Source: Nemertoderma westbladi (Eukaryota > Animalia > Xenacoelomorpha). Taken from it: DNA of 64,000 nucleotides. The notes under the pieces were generated by a model that searched no databases, was not told where the DNA came from, and saw only the letters and a program-made list of their open reading frames with translations. The stretch is taken from the NCBI GenBank assembly GCA_032718475.1, contig JAUCBJ010007822.1:124001-188000 (forward strand), written 5' to 3'. Positions 24,225 to 35,846 of the stretch are shown here, piece after piece. Position numbers and translations under genes: made by a program. Within the stretch, counting starts at the first letter, position 1; every line of letters begins with the position of its first letter.

Positions 24225-25427
24225 TGTTCGCGCTTTCAGACTTTTGGCAGTTTAACCCGCCAAATTAGGATGTCTTCTAGATAATAAATCGCTTTTAGCC
24301 TCTGACAAGTATTTGATTCACTACACTAGTTGAAACCAATCTGTGCGCGATCATTCACCCGCTGGATATACCCGGGAGATTGATTTCGACAGCTTAATCT
24401 TATTGCTATGTAAGCCTAATGTATTATTCGACTGACAGTATTATATAATCTCTGACAATATTATTCACCTTCGGGGAATATTAACAGTTCCTTTAGGACG
24501 TGGCGCTCTATCTATATAAACAGAGTTATGACTTAAACTACTCACAACGATATGGCTTAGTTATAATTCACATATATGGCACATTCTTTAGGAAATGCTT
24601 CGTTATCAGTCTCACTCATACACAATGCTGCACAATATTGCACACTAATCTGCCGATCTTCACTGATTTTAGTCACATATAAAAGGAACACAGACCGACT
24701 CATGTAGGGTCTATCAAATAACATTAGATTCACTTCAAACCACTTTAACATAAGTCGCAATCGTTATATGTAACCTGTCTCTCTTACCTTCAGTATATCA
24801 AGAATAATGGGGTTTCGGGGTTATTTCTCGTTATTCCCATATAATATTTCATCACCATATAATGAAGAACCGACAGTAAATAGCAGTATAACAATATAAA
24901 CGTATGTACGATAAGATAAGTTAAGTTGAGAGTTGATGTGATGGTGTGATCAGATTTGTTATGTTTGGTATGGTATGGTTGATAACGGATATATGTCCTT
25001 ATAATTAAGCCTACTAGTGTTAGGCTAAAAGCAGAAAAACACAGAATATTCCAAAAGCCGTTATTTTCTGGCTTAAGAAAACCAACACACTGAACCCTGT
25101 GAGCTATTGCAGGTAGATTTCAACACAGAAAGGAAAAGCTCTCATTGGCAGAGTTCCATATTCCACAGGTTCCAAATCATCTAAAATGCCAAACCTCCCT
25201 AGCCTTTGCAGCCCGTAGCTAACACACAGAATGAATCACTCTGTTTGGTTGACCTTGCTCTGGTTGGTTGATCGAACCGAACAAGGAGGCCGTCGCTAGG
25301 CAAAATCAGCCAATCAGCCGGTAGCTTCCATCATTCGAGCCAGTGAGCTTTTTAGAGTATTCCAGCGCCTTGGGGGGAACTGGATTGCGTAGCAAAGGGC
25401 CAGTTATATCCCACAAAAGCTTTTACA
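24225..25427 (-). repeat. 5' LTR (1203 bp)
   Basis: Direct repeat of 12496-13698, upstream of the ORFs on the coding (minus) strand. Confidence 0.95.
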
Positions 25428-25499
25428 TATTCTTCACATGGGGGTAACTGCAAAGTGAAATATAACGGCAGGGAGTCTGGTATTCTTCACATGGGCCGA

Positions 25500-26752
25500 C
25501 CAATGTACTAAATAGTAAAACATTAATGACGTAGGCCAATCTACTAAATAGTAAAACATTAGTGACGTAGGCCAATCTACTAAATAGTAAAAGATTAGTG
25601 ACGTAGGCCAATCTACTAAATAGTAAAACATTACTGACGTAGGCCAATCTACTAAATAGTAAAACATTAGTGACGTAGGCCAATCTACTAAATAGTAAAA
25701 TATTAGTGACGTAAGCCAATCTACTAAACAGTAAAATATTAGTGACGTAGGCCAATCTACTAAATAGTAAAATATTAGTGACGTAGGCCAATCTACTAAA
25801 TAGTAAAATATTAGTGACGTAAGCCAATCTACTAAATAGTAAAAGATTAGTGACGTAGGCCAATCTACTAAATAGTAAAATATTAGTGACGTAGGCCAAT
25901 CTACTAAATAGTAAAATATTAGTGACGCAAGCCAATCTACTAAATTGTAAAACATTAATGACGTAGGCCAATCTACTAAATAGTAAAATATTAGTGACGT
26001 AGGCCAATCTACTAAATAGTAAAACATTAGTGACGTAGGCAAATCTACTAAATAGTAAAACATTAATGACGTAGGCAAATCTACTAAATAGTAAAACATT
26101 AGTGACGTAGGCCAATCTACTAAATAGTAAAATAGTAGTGACGTAGGCCAATCTACTAAATAGTAAAATAGTAGTGACGTATGCCAATCTACTAAATAGC
26201 AAAATATTAGTGACGTAGGCCAATCTACTAAATAGCAAAATATTAGTGACGTACGCCAATCTACTAAATAGTAAAATATTAGTGACGTAGGCAAATCTAC
26301 TAAATAGTAAAATATTAGTGACGTAGGCCAATCTAATAAATAGCAAAATATTAGTGACGTACGCCAATCTACTAAATAGTAAAATATTAGTGACGTAGGC
26401 CAATCTACTAAATAGTAAAATATTAGTGACGTAGGCCAATCTACTAAATAGTAAAATATTAGTGACGTAGGCCAATCTAATAAATATCAAAATAGTAGTG
26501 ACGTAGGCAAATCTATTAAATAGTAAAATATTAGTGACGTAGGCAAATCTACTAAATAGTAAAATATTAGTGACGTAGGCCAATCTAATAAATATCAAAA
26601 TAGTAGTGACGTAGGCAAATCTACTAAATAGTAAAATATTAGTGACGTAGGCAAATCTACTAAATAGTAAAATATTAGTGACGTAGGCCAATCTAATAAA
26701 TATCAAAATAGTAGTGACGTAAGCCAATCTACTAAATAGTAAAATAGTAGTG
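25500..26752. repeat. 36-bp tandem satellite, right part (~35 units)
   Basis: Same unit and orientation as 10272-12282, resuming in phase after the nested insertions. It carries more variants than the left part. Confidence 0.97.
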
Positions 26753-26823
26753 ATGGTAATTGAATTAGTGTGATTTCACCTTTTTATTTTATATTTAAAC
26801 TTTCTTCTCAAATGTGAGGCAAA

Positions 26824-27276
26824 TATGAGGTGCCGTTAAAGCGTTAACCCCAAAAGGACAGCAATAATACTGTATTGGAGGTTTTAAAAATAATATTAGA
26901 GGATTTAAAAACATATTTTCGGCCGAAATATTTTATTACATTTTCAGCTTTTCCATTTGATGAAATTCTACACATCAATTCGTTATTATTATTATCCTGT
27001 GGTTTCATTGCAATACGCCGGATTATGATGAAAATGTTCAAGAAACACGTTTATACTGTAAGCAACAAAATACTTACTTCAAAGATCATTTCAATTCCCT
27101 CCAAACTTGTGAAATCACGAAATATTTCATCAAATGAAAGAGCTGAAAATGTAATATAATTATATATATATATATATAATTTATTTCGGCCGAAAAAAAT
27201 GTTTTTAAATTGTGTAATATTCTACTTAAAACTTCTAATATTATTGCTGACCTTTTGGCGTTAACGACGCCTCATA
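26824..27276. mobile_element. Fold-back MITE, possibly Tc1/mariner-derived (TA-flanked)
   Basis: Long imperfect arms (GCGTTAACCCCAAAAGGACAGCAATAATA...TTTCGGCCGAAATA...ATTACATTTTCAGCT mirrored at 27125-27276) with ends TA-TGAGG...CCTCA-TA. Confidence 0.7.
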
Positions 27277-27315
27277 CTCTTACAGTAAACTAATTGTGTT
27301 GAAATTTAAAATAAA

Positions 27316-28560
27316 ATGCGCGCTTATGCTTTACTTCAATACTTCTTGAGAGTTTGTTGTAAGAAATACGTCGCATATTGGACATTGGTATTCGCAGCGA
27401 CGTTTATATTTGCGTTACCAATACTATGTTGGAATATCAAACATACAGTTTACCACAATATCCGATTATTGCTGACAAACGACGAATACTTTGTCCAAAC
27501 AAACAATGTACGACTACACGAATCTCTCATTAAACTAAACTCGATCCCGATGTCGACAACTTCACAAAACCAATATTTCAACTCGAGTGATTTGGGAATA
27601 ATTACTAATAATAACGAGTCATACCGTTACGTAATAGCTATCATCACCAGCTACAGGAGTGACATAGCAACGGGTTATAAACCTCATTACGCAGTGCAGA
27701 ATTTACTTTCAGTTATCCAACACACTAAGGGCCGGTCCGATACAGTTGTACTGCTGTGTGACTCGTACACCAATCCCAGCGGCGACGCCCAATTCATATC
27801 GCACTTTGTACCGGTAACATTCGTTAGGCCAATCGGTAAACATAGTACCCTATTGCTGCGTGAGTACCCATATTGGAGGCGGATGCATCAACAACGGTTA
27901 GATTACGCGGGATGTTTAAACGAAACCCGTCGCTACTCATCTAAATACACAATACTCCTAGAGGATGACACTTTAGCGCGTTCTGACTTCACTAGTCTGC
28001 TCGATTTTGTTCTAGAATTTAAAACTTCTGGAATTCTCCGAGAATCTACGGTAGAAGATAATCGTTTAGGCATCATTAAACTGTATATGCCTACGTGGAT
28101 GCAAGGTTTCGCAATGACTGATGATAACCAACGTGTTGTCGAGTTGTTCCAGGTTGTTTTCGTTTTAACTTCCCTATTTAATCTTATTCAATACATAGTC
28201 ACAGGTTTCTGGAACTTTAACAACGTAATTGTGGGATTTGTATACTTTCTTCTGGTCACTCTGGCGCTCGGCAGACAAAATGTCCTCCAGTTTCGATGGT
28301 GGTTGGAGTACCTACCGTACGACGCATTCCGACTAGTGACCTCACGCACGCATTGTTCTACAACCGCTATACTATATGACTCCCAGCTCGCCTCCCTATT
28401 GGCTGATCACATTTTGGATTCCTGGCAACCAGGCACTCCCATTGACTTCATTATTGGTCAGTTTATGGAGAGACAGTTATTTTGGATTCAATGTTTATTG
28501 GAACCCAGCCCATTTACCCATATAGGACGCATTGTTACAGTCCAAGAGTTAGGGAATTAA
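27316..28560 (+). CDS. PGAP4: PGAP4/TMEM246-like GPI GalNAc transferase, single coding exon (414 aa)
   Basis: N-terminal TM helix, DY..CL...Y..LLEDD motif, KLY.P segment followed by two internal TM helices, CSTTAILY, D..I and EP..F.HIG motifs, as remembered for PGAP4. Confidence 0.8.
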   Translation: MRAYALLQYFLRVCCKKYVAYWTLVFAATFIFALPILCWNIKHTVYHNIRLLLTNDEYFVQTNNVRLHESLIKLNSIPMSTTSQNQYFNSSDLGIITNNNESYRYVIAIITSYRSDIATGYKPHYAVQNLLSVIQHTKGRSDTVVLLCDSYTNPSGDAQFISHFVPVTFVRPIGKHSTLLLREYPYWRRMHQQRLDYAGCLNETRRYSSKYTILLEDDTLARSDFTSLLDFVLEFKTSGILRESTVEDNRLGIIKLYMPTWMQGFAMTDDNQRVVELFQVVFVLTSLFNLIQYIVTGFWNFNNVIVGFVYFLLVTLALGRQNVLQFRWWLEYLPYDAFRLVTSRTHCSTTAILYDSQLASLLADHILDSWQPGTPIDFIIGQFMERQLFWIQCLLEPSPFTHIGRIVTVQELGN

Positions 28561-28961
28561 ATTATTAGTGAACTTATTTTTTTGTGTTTTAATTTTAATT
28601 AGTTTACTTGTATGAGACTGATCTGTTTGACAATTTAGCAGGAAATAAATAAGTATATTATTATATTATTATTTTATAATACAACATAATAATTATTAAA
28701 TGTTGGCCCTACATTTGAAAATGACAATTTTCTATTATGACTATTTTGGCTAAATGGCTTCAGGTTTCCCCCGGTGGTTCGTGTTTAACTTTACACTCTT
28801 TACACTTTTACTGCACTTTATTTCTTTAAACATATAAACCGACTCGCATCTTCCTATAGAGTGCCACTATATTCAGGGTGATAGCCCGATAGGTGATACC
28901 TACTGTAAATAAAGGCTAATTAAAATATTATTTATACATATTATTTGAAAAATTGATTTTA

Positions 28962-29290
28962 TGAGATTTATTTATTATTTATTTTATAAGATTTATTTAT
29001 TATTTATTTTATAAGATTTATTTATTATTTATTTTATAAGATTTATTTATTATTTATTTTATAAGATTTATTTATTATTTATTTTATAAGATTTATTTAT
29101 TATTTATTTTATAAGATTTATTTATTATTTATTTTATAAGATTTATTTATTATTTATTTTATAAGATTTATTTATTATTTATTTTATAAGATTTATTTAT
29201 TATTTATTTTATAAGATTTATTTATTATTTATTTTATAAGATTTATTTATTATTTATTTTATAAGATTTATTTATTATTTATTTTATAAG
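28962..29290. repeat. 25-bp AT-rich minisatellite (~13 copies)
   Basis: Unit ATAAGATTTATTTATTATTTATTTT. Confidence 0.95.
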
Positions 29291-29772
29291 GCTTTAAGCA
29301 GCTTATTATTCAGCCTTAAGGATTGATTTTATTGTGTTCGAGATTAGGATATTACTATAACAACCGCAGCATAGTGAGTGGTCTGGAACTAGGTGATAAT
29401 AATATTTATATATATATTTATAGCGCACAATAAATACGTATTTCTGGCGCACTAATCGAAAAAGTTACAATTATTAATGATTATTGATCTATTTACATTG
29501 ATATTGTATCCGATGGGTAATGTTTTAGCTCTGGGGGTTCTTGACAACGCTGCCAATACTTATAACTTATGTATGATATCCACATTCTCCAGCTATCGAT
29601 TTGATAATTATAGCTATAGTTAATTATGTGGTATATGCAGTGATAAAAAACAGGTCTATAAAAATAACGAAATCACCAATTGAATAAATTAAATTAAATC
29701 TGTTATCCACCCCAATAAATTACTAAAAAATATCCCATATTTACAATGTTGAGTCGATGGTATAATTTACTT

Positions 29773-32400
29773 TCAGTTTGAAGGTTGTTGGTCCAAGACG
29801 GTAGGTGCTGACTCCGGTTCAGGAGTAGCGTCATCAGCATCGCGTTCCGAGTTAACCAGTTCGTTATCACTCTCGGGGTTGACCATTAAGGATTTCAATA
29901 AATGCGCCGTTCTTTCGTCCATCCGTTTCTCTACAAACGTTTCTCTCTCCAACTCAACCACTCGTTGCCTTTCCTTAAGGACATTCTCGCGGATATCATC
30001 CAGATGTTTAGCAGCTTTGTAAAACTTCATTACGAAGAAAACATGGAGCTGATGAGTCCAGAAATTAAACTGTTTAGTTTCCTCGTCGATATCATCCAGA
30101 GCGACTTCCGGTTCCGTTGGTCTATCCGGAACGGTATCGGAACCCGCTGGTTCCACCACTTCGGATGGTTCGAACTCGACCATCGGCTCTTCCTCCACTT
30201 CCGGCATCGACTCCGGGGGCTTCGGTTCCTTAGACGCCGCCGCGGCCACCGATTTACTCGCTCGACGCGATTTCTTCCCCGATGATTTGCTCGCTTTCTC
30301 GTCGACATCGAGTTTCAAACTCGATTCCTTCCCCTTCCCGAGGGACTTGGATCTACTAGCGGACACCGTGGGACTCGCATCTTTAATCTGTTCGCTACGA
30401 ACCGAGAGTTTACTCGGTTCCGACTTCTCGTCGACTTCCACCTCGGGCTGCGATTGGTTGGGTCGCGGACTCGACTGGCCAATAGCGACGCGGCTTTCCA
30501 CCGTCGAGGGCCGCGGTGTCTCGGGATTCTCTATTACCTCCTCGGTAACGAGTTTCACGGCGCAGCCTAGGAGAGCCTCGAAGAACTCGAGAAAACTCAG
30601 ATCAAACTCGAGGTTGCAGACCCCGTCATCGGGGTCGTAGAGTTTCGGGTCGTCCGCGGAAAGAATCCCGAGGATATCCCGGGAAGAGAGCCGATCCGAT
30701 ACGAGACGGAGTTCCGACATCATCCAGAGGAATCCGCGACACGAGATCGCGTACTCGTCGCGTCGCGAAACGAACCGCGGGTTGGAGTCGCAGACACTGC
30801 GGAAGATGTTCCAACAGTCGTCGATGTATCCCAAAGCGATAACCGCCCGACGAGTTTCCCCGAGGAAGTTTCCGCCGACTTTACTCGCGTATTTGAGGAT
30901 GTTTCTATGGACGAGTTGGGAGAAACAGTTTGAGAGGACGGGGGAAGGGTGGCAGGGATCGACGAGGTACGAGATGCGAACTAGAGCGTCGACGAAGTCC
31001 CGGAAGAGGAGTTTATCATCGGGATCATGGGAGGCGGGTCGGGAACGCGAGAGGCAGCGGTCCATCTGTGGGAGCGTGGCGTCGCCCAGCCGGTGGACGC
31101 GGCAGTCCTTTAGGAGACGCCACAACTGGAGTCGAGTCATCACGAAAGTGTTGTCGATGTTGACACCATGCCCGATAGCCGCGTAGATGTTATAGATCTT
31201 CTTGAGTTGGTTGATATTGCGGAGGATCGCTTTCTGTACTTGTCCGACTTCTAGAGTCGTGTCCAGGTCCACGCGGCTCGTGTCCGGGAATATATCTTGT
31301 ACGTCCAACGCGATGCTGAGAGCCATCGAGTCAGGGTCTATTTGTTCGGATTCCGAGGGCGGCAACGGGGTTCGTGTCCGAATCTCGGAGATGTCCGGGG
31401 TCTGATCGCCCACAATCTCGAACTCGGGGTACTCCAACATGCGGTCCTTATGGAAGACCCCCGTGTAGGTTCGTCCGTTCTTGAAGGTGAAGATTCCACG
31501 TCCGTGTTTCTCGTTGTCGACCCAGTCGCCCTGGTAACGGGCGCCGCTTGCGTATCGGAACTCTCCGAATCCGTGGCGTTTCCCGACTCGCCAGACGCCC
31601 ACGTACTGATTCCGTGCGGCGTACTGGCTCCCCGGAACCCGTCGCAGGTACCACGTGTGCTCCCCCTGTCCGCTCTGCACTCCGGCCTCCCACTGACCGA
31701 CGTACTCCTCGTCGGCCGCTAGCCAACGCATCGTCCCCCGTCCGTGCCGTCGCCCCGCCTTCCACTGCCCTTCGTACACGTTGCCCGACATGTAACGACG
31801 CACCCCGAACCCGTTTCGCAACCCGCGGGACCATTCCCCCTCGTAGAAAGATAAACTATCGTCATCGTAATAGGCGATTCCGTGGCCATTCGGTTTACCA
31901 TTCTCCCAATGACCGCGATACGTAAGATTTATCGACGGAACACGGAACGTTCCCTGACCGTGGCGTCTCCCGTTCCACACATCCCCTTCGTAGTAGGACT
32001 CGTCCAACCACATATAGCGACCATGTCCGGATATCCTGTTGGATTGGAACTCCCCGTGGTAAACGATTCCATCGGTCCAGGTATAAACCCCCAAACCGCT
32101 CATCATACCATCCAAAAAGTCTCCCTCGTAGCGGTTGCCCCCCATAAACACCGCCACCCCGTTGCCATGCAAACACGCGTCCTTTGTTTCCCCCTCGTAA
32201 GATTCTATTATTAGTTCAAGTAATTCCGGGTCATCATGGAATGGATCTTCTTTCCTAACTGGAATTTGTTCTTCCGGTTCAGTTTCTACCACGGCCGGTT
32301 CCAGTGTGTCTGTGACGTCCTCCACTGCACTTGTAACTTCTACGGGTTTTTCCTGTGGAGTAGCTTCGGCCGATTTACGTTTCTTCTTATCTTTTGCCAT
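29773..32400 (-). CDS. RSPH10B: Radial spoke head 10 homolog B-like MORN-repeat protein (875 aa), intronless ORF
   Basis: ATG at 32400 (MAKDKKKRK). About 10 MORN repeats (YEG.W..G.RHG.G) with the RSPH10B-type insert HTWYLRRVPGSQYAARNQYVG, followed by NTFVMTRLQLWRLLKDC and FLEFFEALLGCA. Confidence 0.88.
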   Translation of the reverse strand: MAKDKKKRKSAEATPQEKPVEVTSAVEDVTDTLEPAVVETEPEEQIPVRKEDPFHDDPELLELIIESYEGETKDACLHGNGVAVFMGGNRYEGDFLDGMMSGLGVYTWTDGIVYHGEFQSNRISGHGRYMWLDESYYEGDVWNGRRHGQGTFRVPSINLTYRGHWENGKPNGHGIAYYDDDSLSFYEGEWSRGLRNGFGVRRYMSGNVYEGQWKAGRRHGRGTMRWLAADEEYVGQWEAGVQSGQGEHTWYLRRVPGSQYAARNQYVGVWRVGKRHGFGEFRYASGARYQGDWVDNEKHGRGIFTFKNGRTYTGVFHKDRMLEYPEFEIVGDQTPDISEIRTRTPLPPSESEQIDPDSMALSIALDVQDIFPDTSRVDLDTTLEVGQVQKAILRNINQLKKIYNIYAAIGHGVNIDNTFVMTRLQLWRLLKDCRVHRLGDATLPQMDRCLSRSRPASHDPDDKLLFRDFVDALVRISYLVDPCHPSPVLSNCFSQLVHRNILKYASKVGGNFLGETRRAVIALGYIDDCWNIFRSVCDSNPRFVSRRDEYAISCRGFLWMMSELRLVSDRLSSRDILGILSADDPKLYDPDDGVCNLEFDLSFLEFFEALLGCAVKLVTEEVIENPETPRPSTVESRVAIGQSSPRPNQSQPEVEVDEKSEPSKLSVRSEQIKDASPTVSASRSKSLGKGKESSLKLDVDEKASKSSGKKSRRASKSVAAAASKEPKPPESMPEVEEEPMVEFEPSEVVEPAGSDTVPDRPTEPEVALDDIDEETKQFNFWTHQLHVFFVMKFYKAAKHLDDIRENVLKERQRVVELERETFVEKRMDERTAHLLKSLMVNPESDNELVNSERDADDATPEPESAPTVLDQQPSN

Positions 32401-33402
32401 TATTTGAACAATATTTCCACTTTTTTTCAAGATTATCAAAAACACCTTTGCCTCATATTTTCTAATTTAGCCCTGAATTACCGGTAATTAAGTATATGCA
32501 ATGCAGATTGTAGCCTACATTCTATAATTATACAAGATAATGTTTAATGTATATGTTTAATGTTTATGTTTAATGTAAATAGGGCGTGAGGAAGCAAATG
32601 CTTTTAAAGCCCGTACACACAATAAATAAAATTAACGGAGACATATGTAAAATATATATATGAAATTGTACTGTACACATAAATAAAATATTGACTGGGT
32701 TAAAACACAGGGTTTTAGGTAAAACTGAACGTAATCGGGACCGCACAAAGTAGTATGATAATAGGCTGGGAAAAAAAGCGTTAGTTCAAATTAGTATTAA
32801 AATTTTTATTAAAATTCCCGGTCAGGATAGTCCATCGGCATGTATATAAGTTTATAAATTAATCTCAATACCGGGTCCGGGTGTATCAGCTTCATCAGGC
32901 CAAATTACAAAATTATAATATAAAATTCATGTCAGGAATAAAAGGCAAATAAAAAGTATTATGAACTAGGTATTGTGGTATATAAAGTTAAAAACAAAAT
33001 TAGAGATTTGGGGTATAACAGTGGACAATTAAAGCTATAGTAAATTATAGAAAAAATGCAATGCAGCAACAGCAACTGAGGTAGTAAAAAATCAAACGAT
33101 TATTGGGAACATGGTGTAAAATAAATAAATAAATAAAAATTATATATAGGTAAAAAGTTCTGTATTAGGTGTTGTCTCCCAAAACAACAAATAACAGTTC
33201 AATAAAGATAGTTATATTATATTATATTATCACTGTACAATTAGTTAGGATATAGTATAAACTTTAAAAATACATTGCAGCAGCGTATAGTATAAACTTT
33301 AAAAATACATTGCAGCAGCGGAGAGGGTAGGGAGAAGTGTGAATCTGAGAGTGTGTGTTTGTGGGGAGAGGGGGGGGGGGGGGGGGGGGGGTGATGAACA
33401 AA

Positions 33403-35475
33403 TCATGTCCACCAGGAAGGGGTGAACTTTAATGGAAGGTTATGGTAATGTTCGTTTAGTCGGTGTTTAAAAACATTCAGTGACGGCGACGATATGACGG
33501 ATTCAGATAACGCATTCCACGGTTCTACAACTCGGAAATGGAATGTTGAGTTCCGCTGAAGTAGACGCGCTCTGGGTTTGGACAGTTTTTTAGAGTGTCC
33601 TCTGAGACCATCGCTGGGCGCGAGTGTGAGTACTGCGGAGCAGTCGACATCCTCCATCCCGGATAGGTAGCGAAATACCTGGATTAGGTCCGCCCTGTGT
33701 CGGCGGTGTTCCAATGTTGGGAGACCCAATTCTCGCAACCGTGTTGGATACGGTTTGTCTCGCATACTCCGGACTAACCTCGTTGCACGGCGCTGCACTG
33801 ACTCTAATAGCCTGATTTCGCCAATGCGATGTGGAGACCAGACTGGGGAGGCGTATTCTAGAATAGGTCTCACCAATGATTTGTATAAGTGTGTCCAGGA
33901 GTTTGAAGTGGCGCCATATCAACCCCAGAGTTCTATTGGCTTTCTTGGTAATAGTTCCAATGTGCTTCCCAAATGTTAGCGTATTCTGGAACGTCACACC
34001 GAGGTCCTTCTCAAATTGGACAGTTTGTAATATTGACGGACCAAGGGTGTACTGAAAACCGGGGTTATTGAATCCTAGGTGCATTATTTTGCATTTCTTG
34101 CTGTTGAATAGTAGCTGCCATGTGGTGCCCCAGGTATACAATATATCTAGGTCAGACTGAAGTGGTCCTATTGAATGCTGAGGAATGCTTGGGTGGAAAA
34201 TGCAGCTGTCTTTCATATCGTCGGCGAACATTTGTAGAATGAATTGGGTTAGAGAGGGGATGTCGTTAACGTAGCTGATGAAATATATTATCGAGTTTAT
34301 CCCCCCCTGTGGAACCCCACTGGTGACCGGAAGCCAATCAGACTGTTTGCCGTTAACGACTACTCTCTGATATCTTCCATTTAGGAAGTTGCGAATCCAT
34401 CCCAGTAAGTTACCTGATATTCCAAGGGACTCCAATTTACTCAGAAGCCGTCTGTGCGGAACTAAATCAAACGCCTTAGAAAAGTCTAAGTAGGCAATAT
34501 CAACACACTCGCGATTGTCTAATGCCAGTGACCAGGTGTAAATAGCATCCAGTAGTTGGAGGCAACAAGATCGACCCTTGCGAAATCCATATTGTGAGTT
34601 TGTTAAAAGGAAATTATCCTTGTAATGTCCCCACATTACGTCTGCTACAATGCGCTCCATGAGTTATGCGACTACAGACGTCAGACTCACCTTTCTGTAG
34701 TTGACTGGGTCATACTTAAAGCCATTCTTAAAAATTGGGGTGATATTGGCTAATTTCCATTCATTAGGGATAGTTTCGGTGGTCATGGATTTGTGGAACA
34801 GATTTGAAAGCGGCCCAGCAAGTTCAGCGGAAAGCTCTTTGAGCATTATTGGGTATATTCCATCAGGGCCTGGAGCACCAGATTGTTTCGATTTCATGAT
34901 CGCTTCAGACACTATAGATGGTGTGAACTCAACTGTCGTTAACTGATGTTTATAAATATATGGATGCAAAACAGATGGTATTATACTGGTATCCTCAACT
35001 GTTGCAATTGAGCTGTAATGTATGTTGAGAACAGTAGCTTTATCTTCACTAGTAGTTACCAGTTTTCCATTATTGTCCTTTAGGTCGTAGACACCAGCCT
35101 TTGTTTTACGTTTAGATTGTATGAACTTCCAGAATTCTTTAGAGTTTACGGATGCTTTCCTCGCAATCTCCTTTTCATAGTTATGTTGTGCGTCCCTGAT
35201 TCGAATTGTGCATTCGTTCCTAGCTGCTTTGTATCTTGAGTAAGATGTATCACTCTGATAATGTCTGTGAGAGCCCCACAGATTCCTTTTATTTCTTATT
35301 AGTGATCCAATTTCTCTTGTCATCCACTGAGGTGGATTATTCCCACTTTTCCGAAGCTTAACTTTTGGAATGTATTTCTCACATGATGTTGATATCCTGC
35401 TGTGGATCATGGACCACAATGATTGGACATCCATATCTGTGAGATGTCTAGCCCAATTTGTCAATGTTAAGTCTG
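33403..35475 (-). pseudogene. Decayed 5'-truncated CR1/L2-type LINE ORF2 (RT and 3' part)
   Basis: APGPDGI, NYRKVSLTS, QYGFRKGRSC, YLDFSKAFD, SGVPQG, MFADD, EKDLGV, VRPILEYASPVW, LRGHSKKL; broken by a stop and a frameshift. Confidence 0.9.
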
Positions 35476-35846
35476 ACCGGATGCGAACGATAATGTAATA
35501 CATACCGGTACAGTACATTGTGTAATGTAATGTAATGTAATTGCACTCCAAATAATTGCACCGACAAATAAAATAATTAATTATTTAAAATTAATCTTAA
35601 TGACATACATATTCACAAAATGAAATTGAATCAGACCTTTAATTAAACAATTATATGTATGGAGGGAGAAGATAACCCAGGCAATGTTGCACTTACGAGC
35701 GTATCTCTATTGGAATTAAGTAAAAATATTGCAAACTAAAAAAATAAAATGGTAAAACACGGTCAGTCATTATGAACAGAGAAAATATAAAAAAATATAA
35801 ATCAAAATCAAATCAAAATACGTGGCGGGGTATAATGTGTGCATAT

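Larger units (their letters stand above)
12496..25427 (-). mobile_element. BEL/Pao LTR retrotransposon, full-length LTR-to-LTR, non-autonomous (no RT or integrase core)
   Basis: 1203-bp direct repeats with TG...CA termini, TATTC target-site duplication (12491-12495, 25428-25432), BEL-type Gag with three Cys/His knuckles and a DSG protease on the minus strand. Confidence 0.93.
12283..25499. mobile_element. Small (~280 bp) inverted-repeat element inserted in the 36-bp satellite and itself split by the LTR retrotransposon
   Basis: Left end GCCCATGTGAAGAATACCAG (12284 onward) is complementary to CTGGTATTCTTCACATGGGC (25477-25496) and to the LTR-interrupted copy CCTGGTATTC/TTCACATGGG. CCAATG is duplicated at 12277-12282 and 25500-25505. 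Confidence 0.7.

Noticed and set aside
10272-26752. 36-bp repeats as a CRISPR array
   Set aside because: Units are head-to-tail with no unique spacers, there are no cas genes, and the context is eukaryotic.
29902-32214. Overlapping and antisense ORFs within RSPH10B
   Set aside because: Expected shadow ORFs of a GC-rich coding region.
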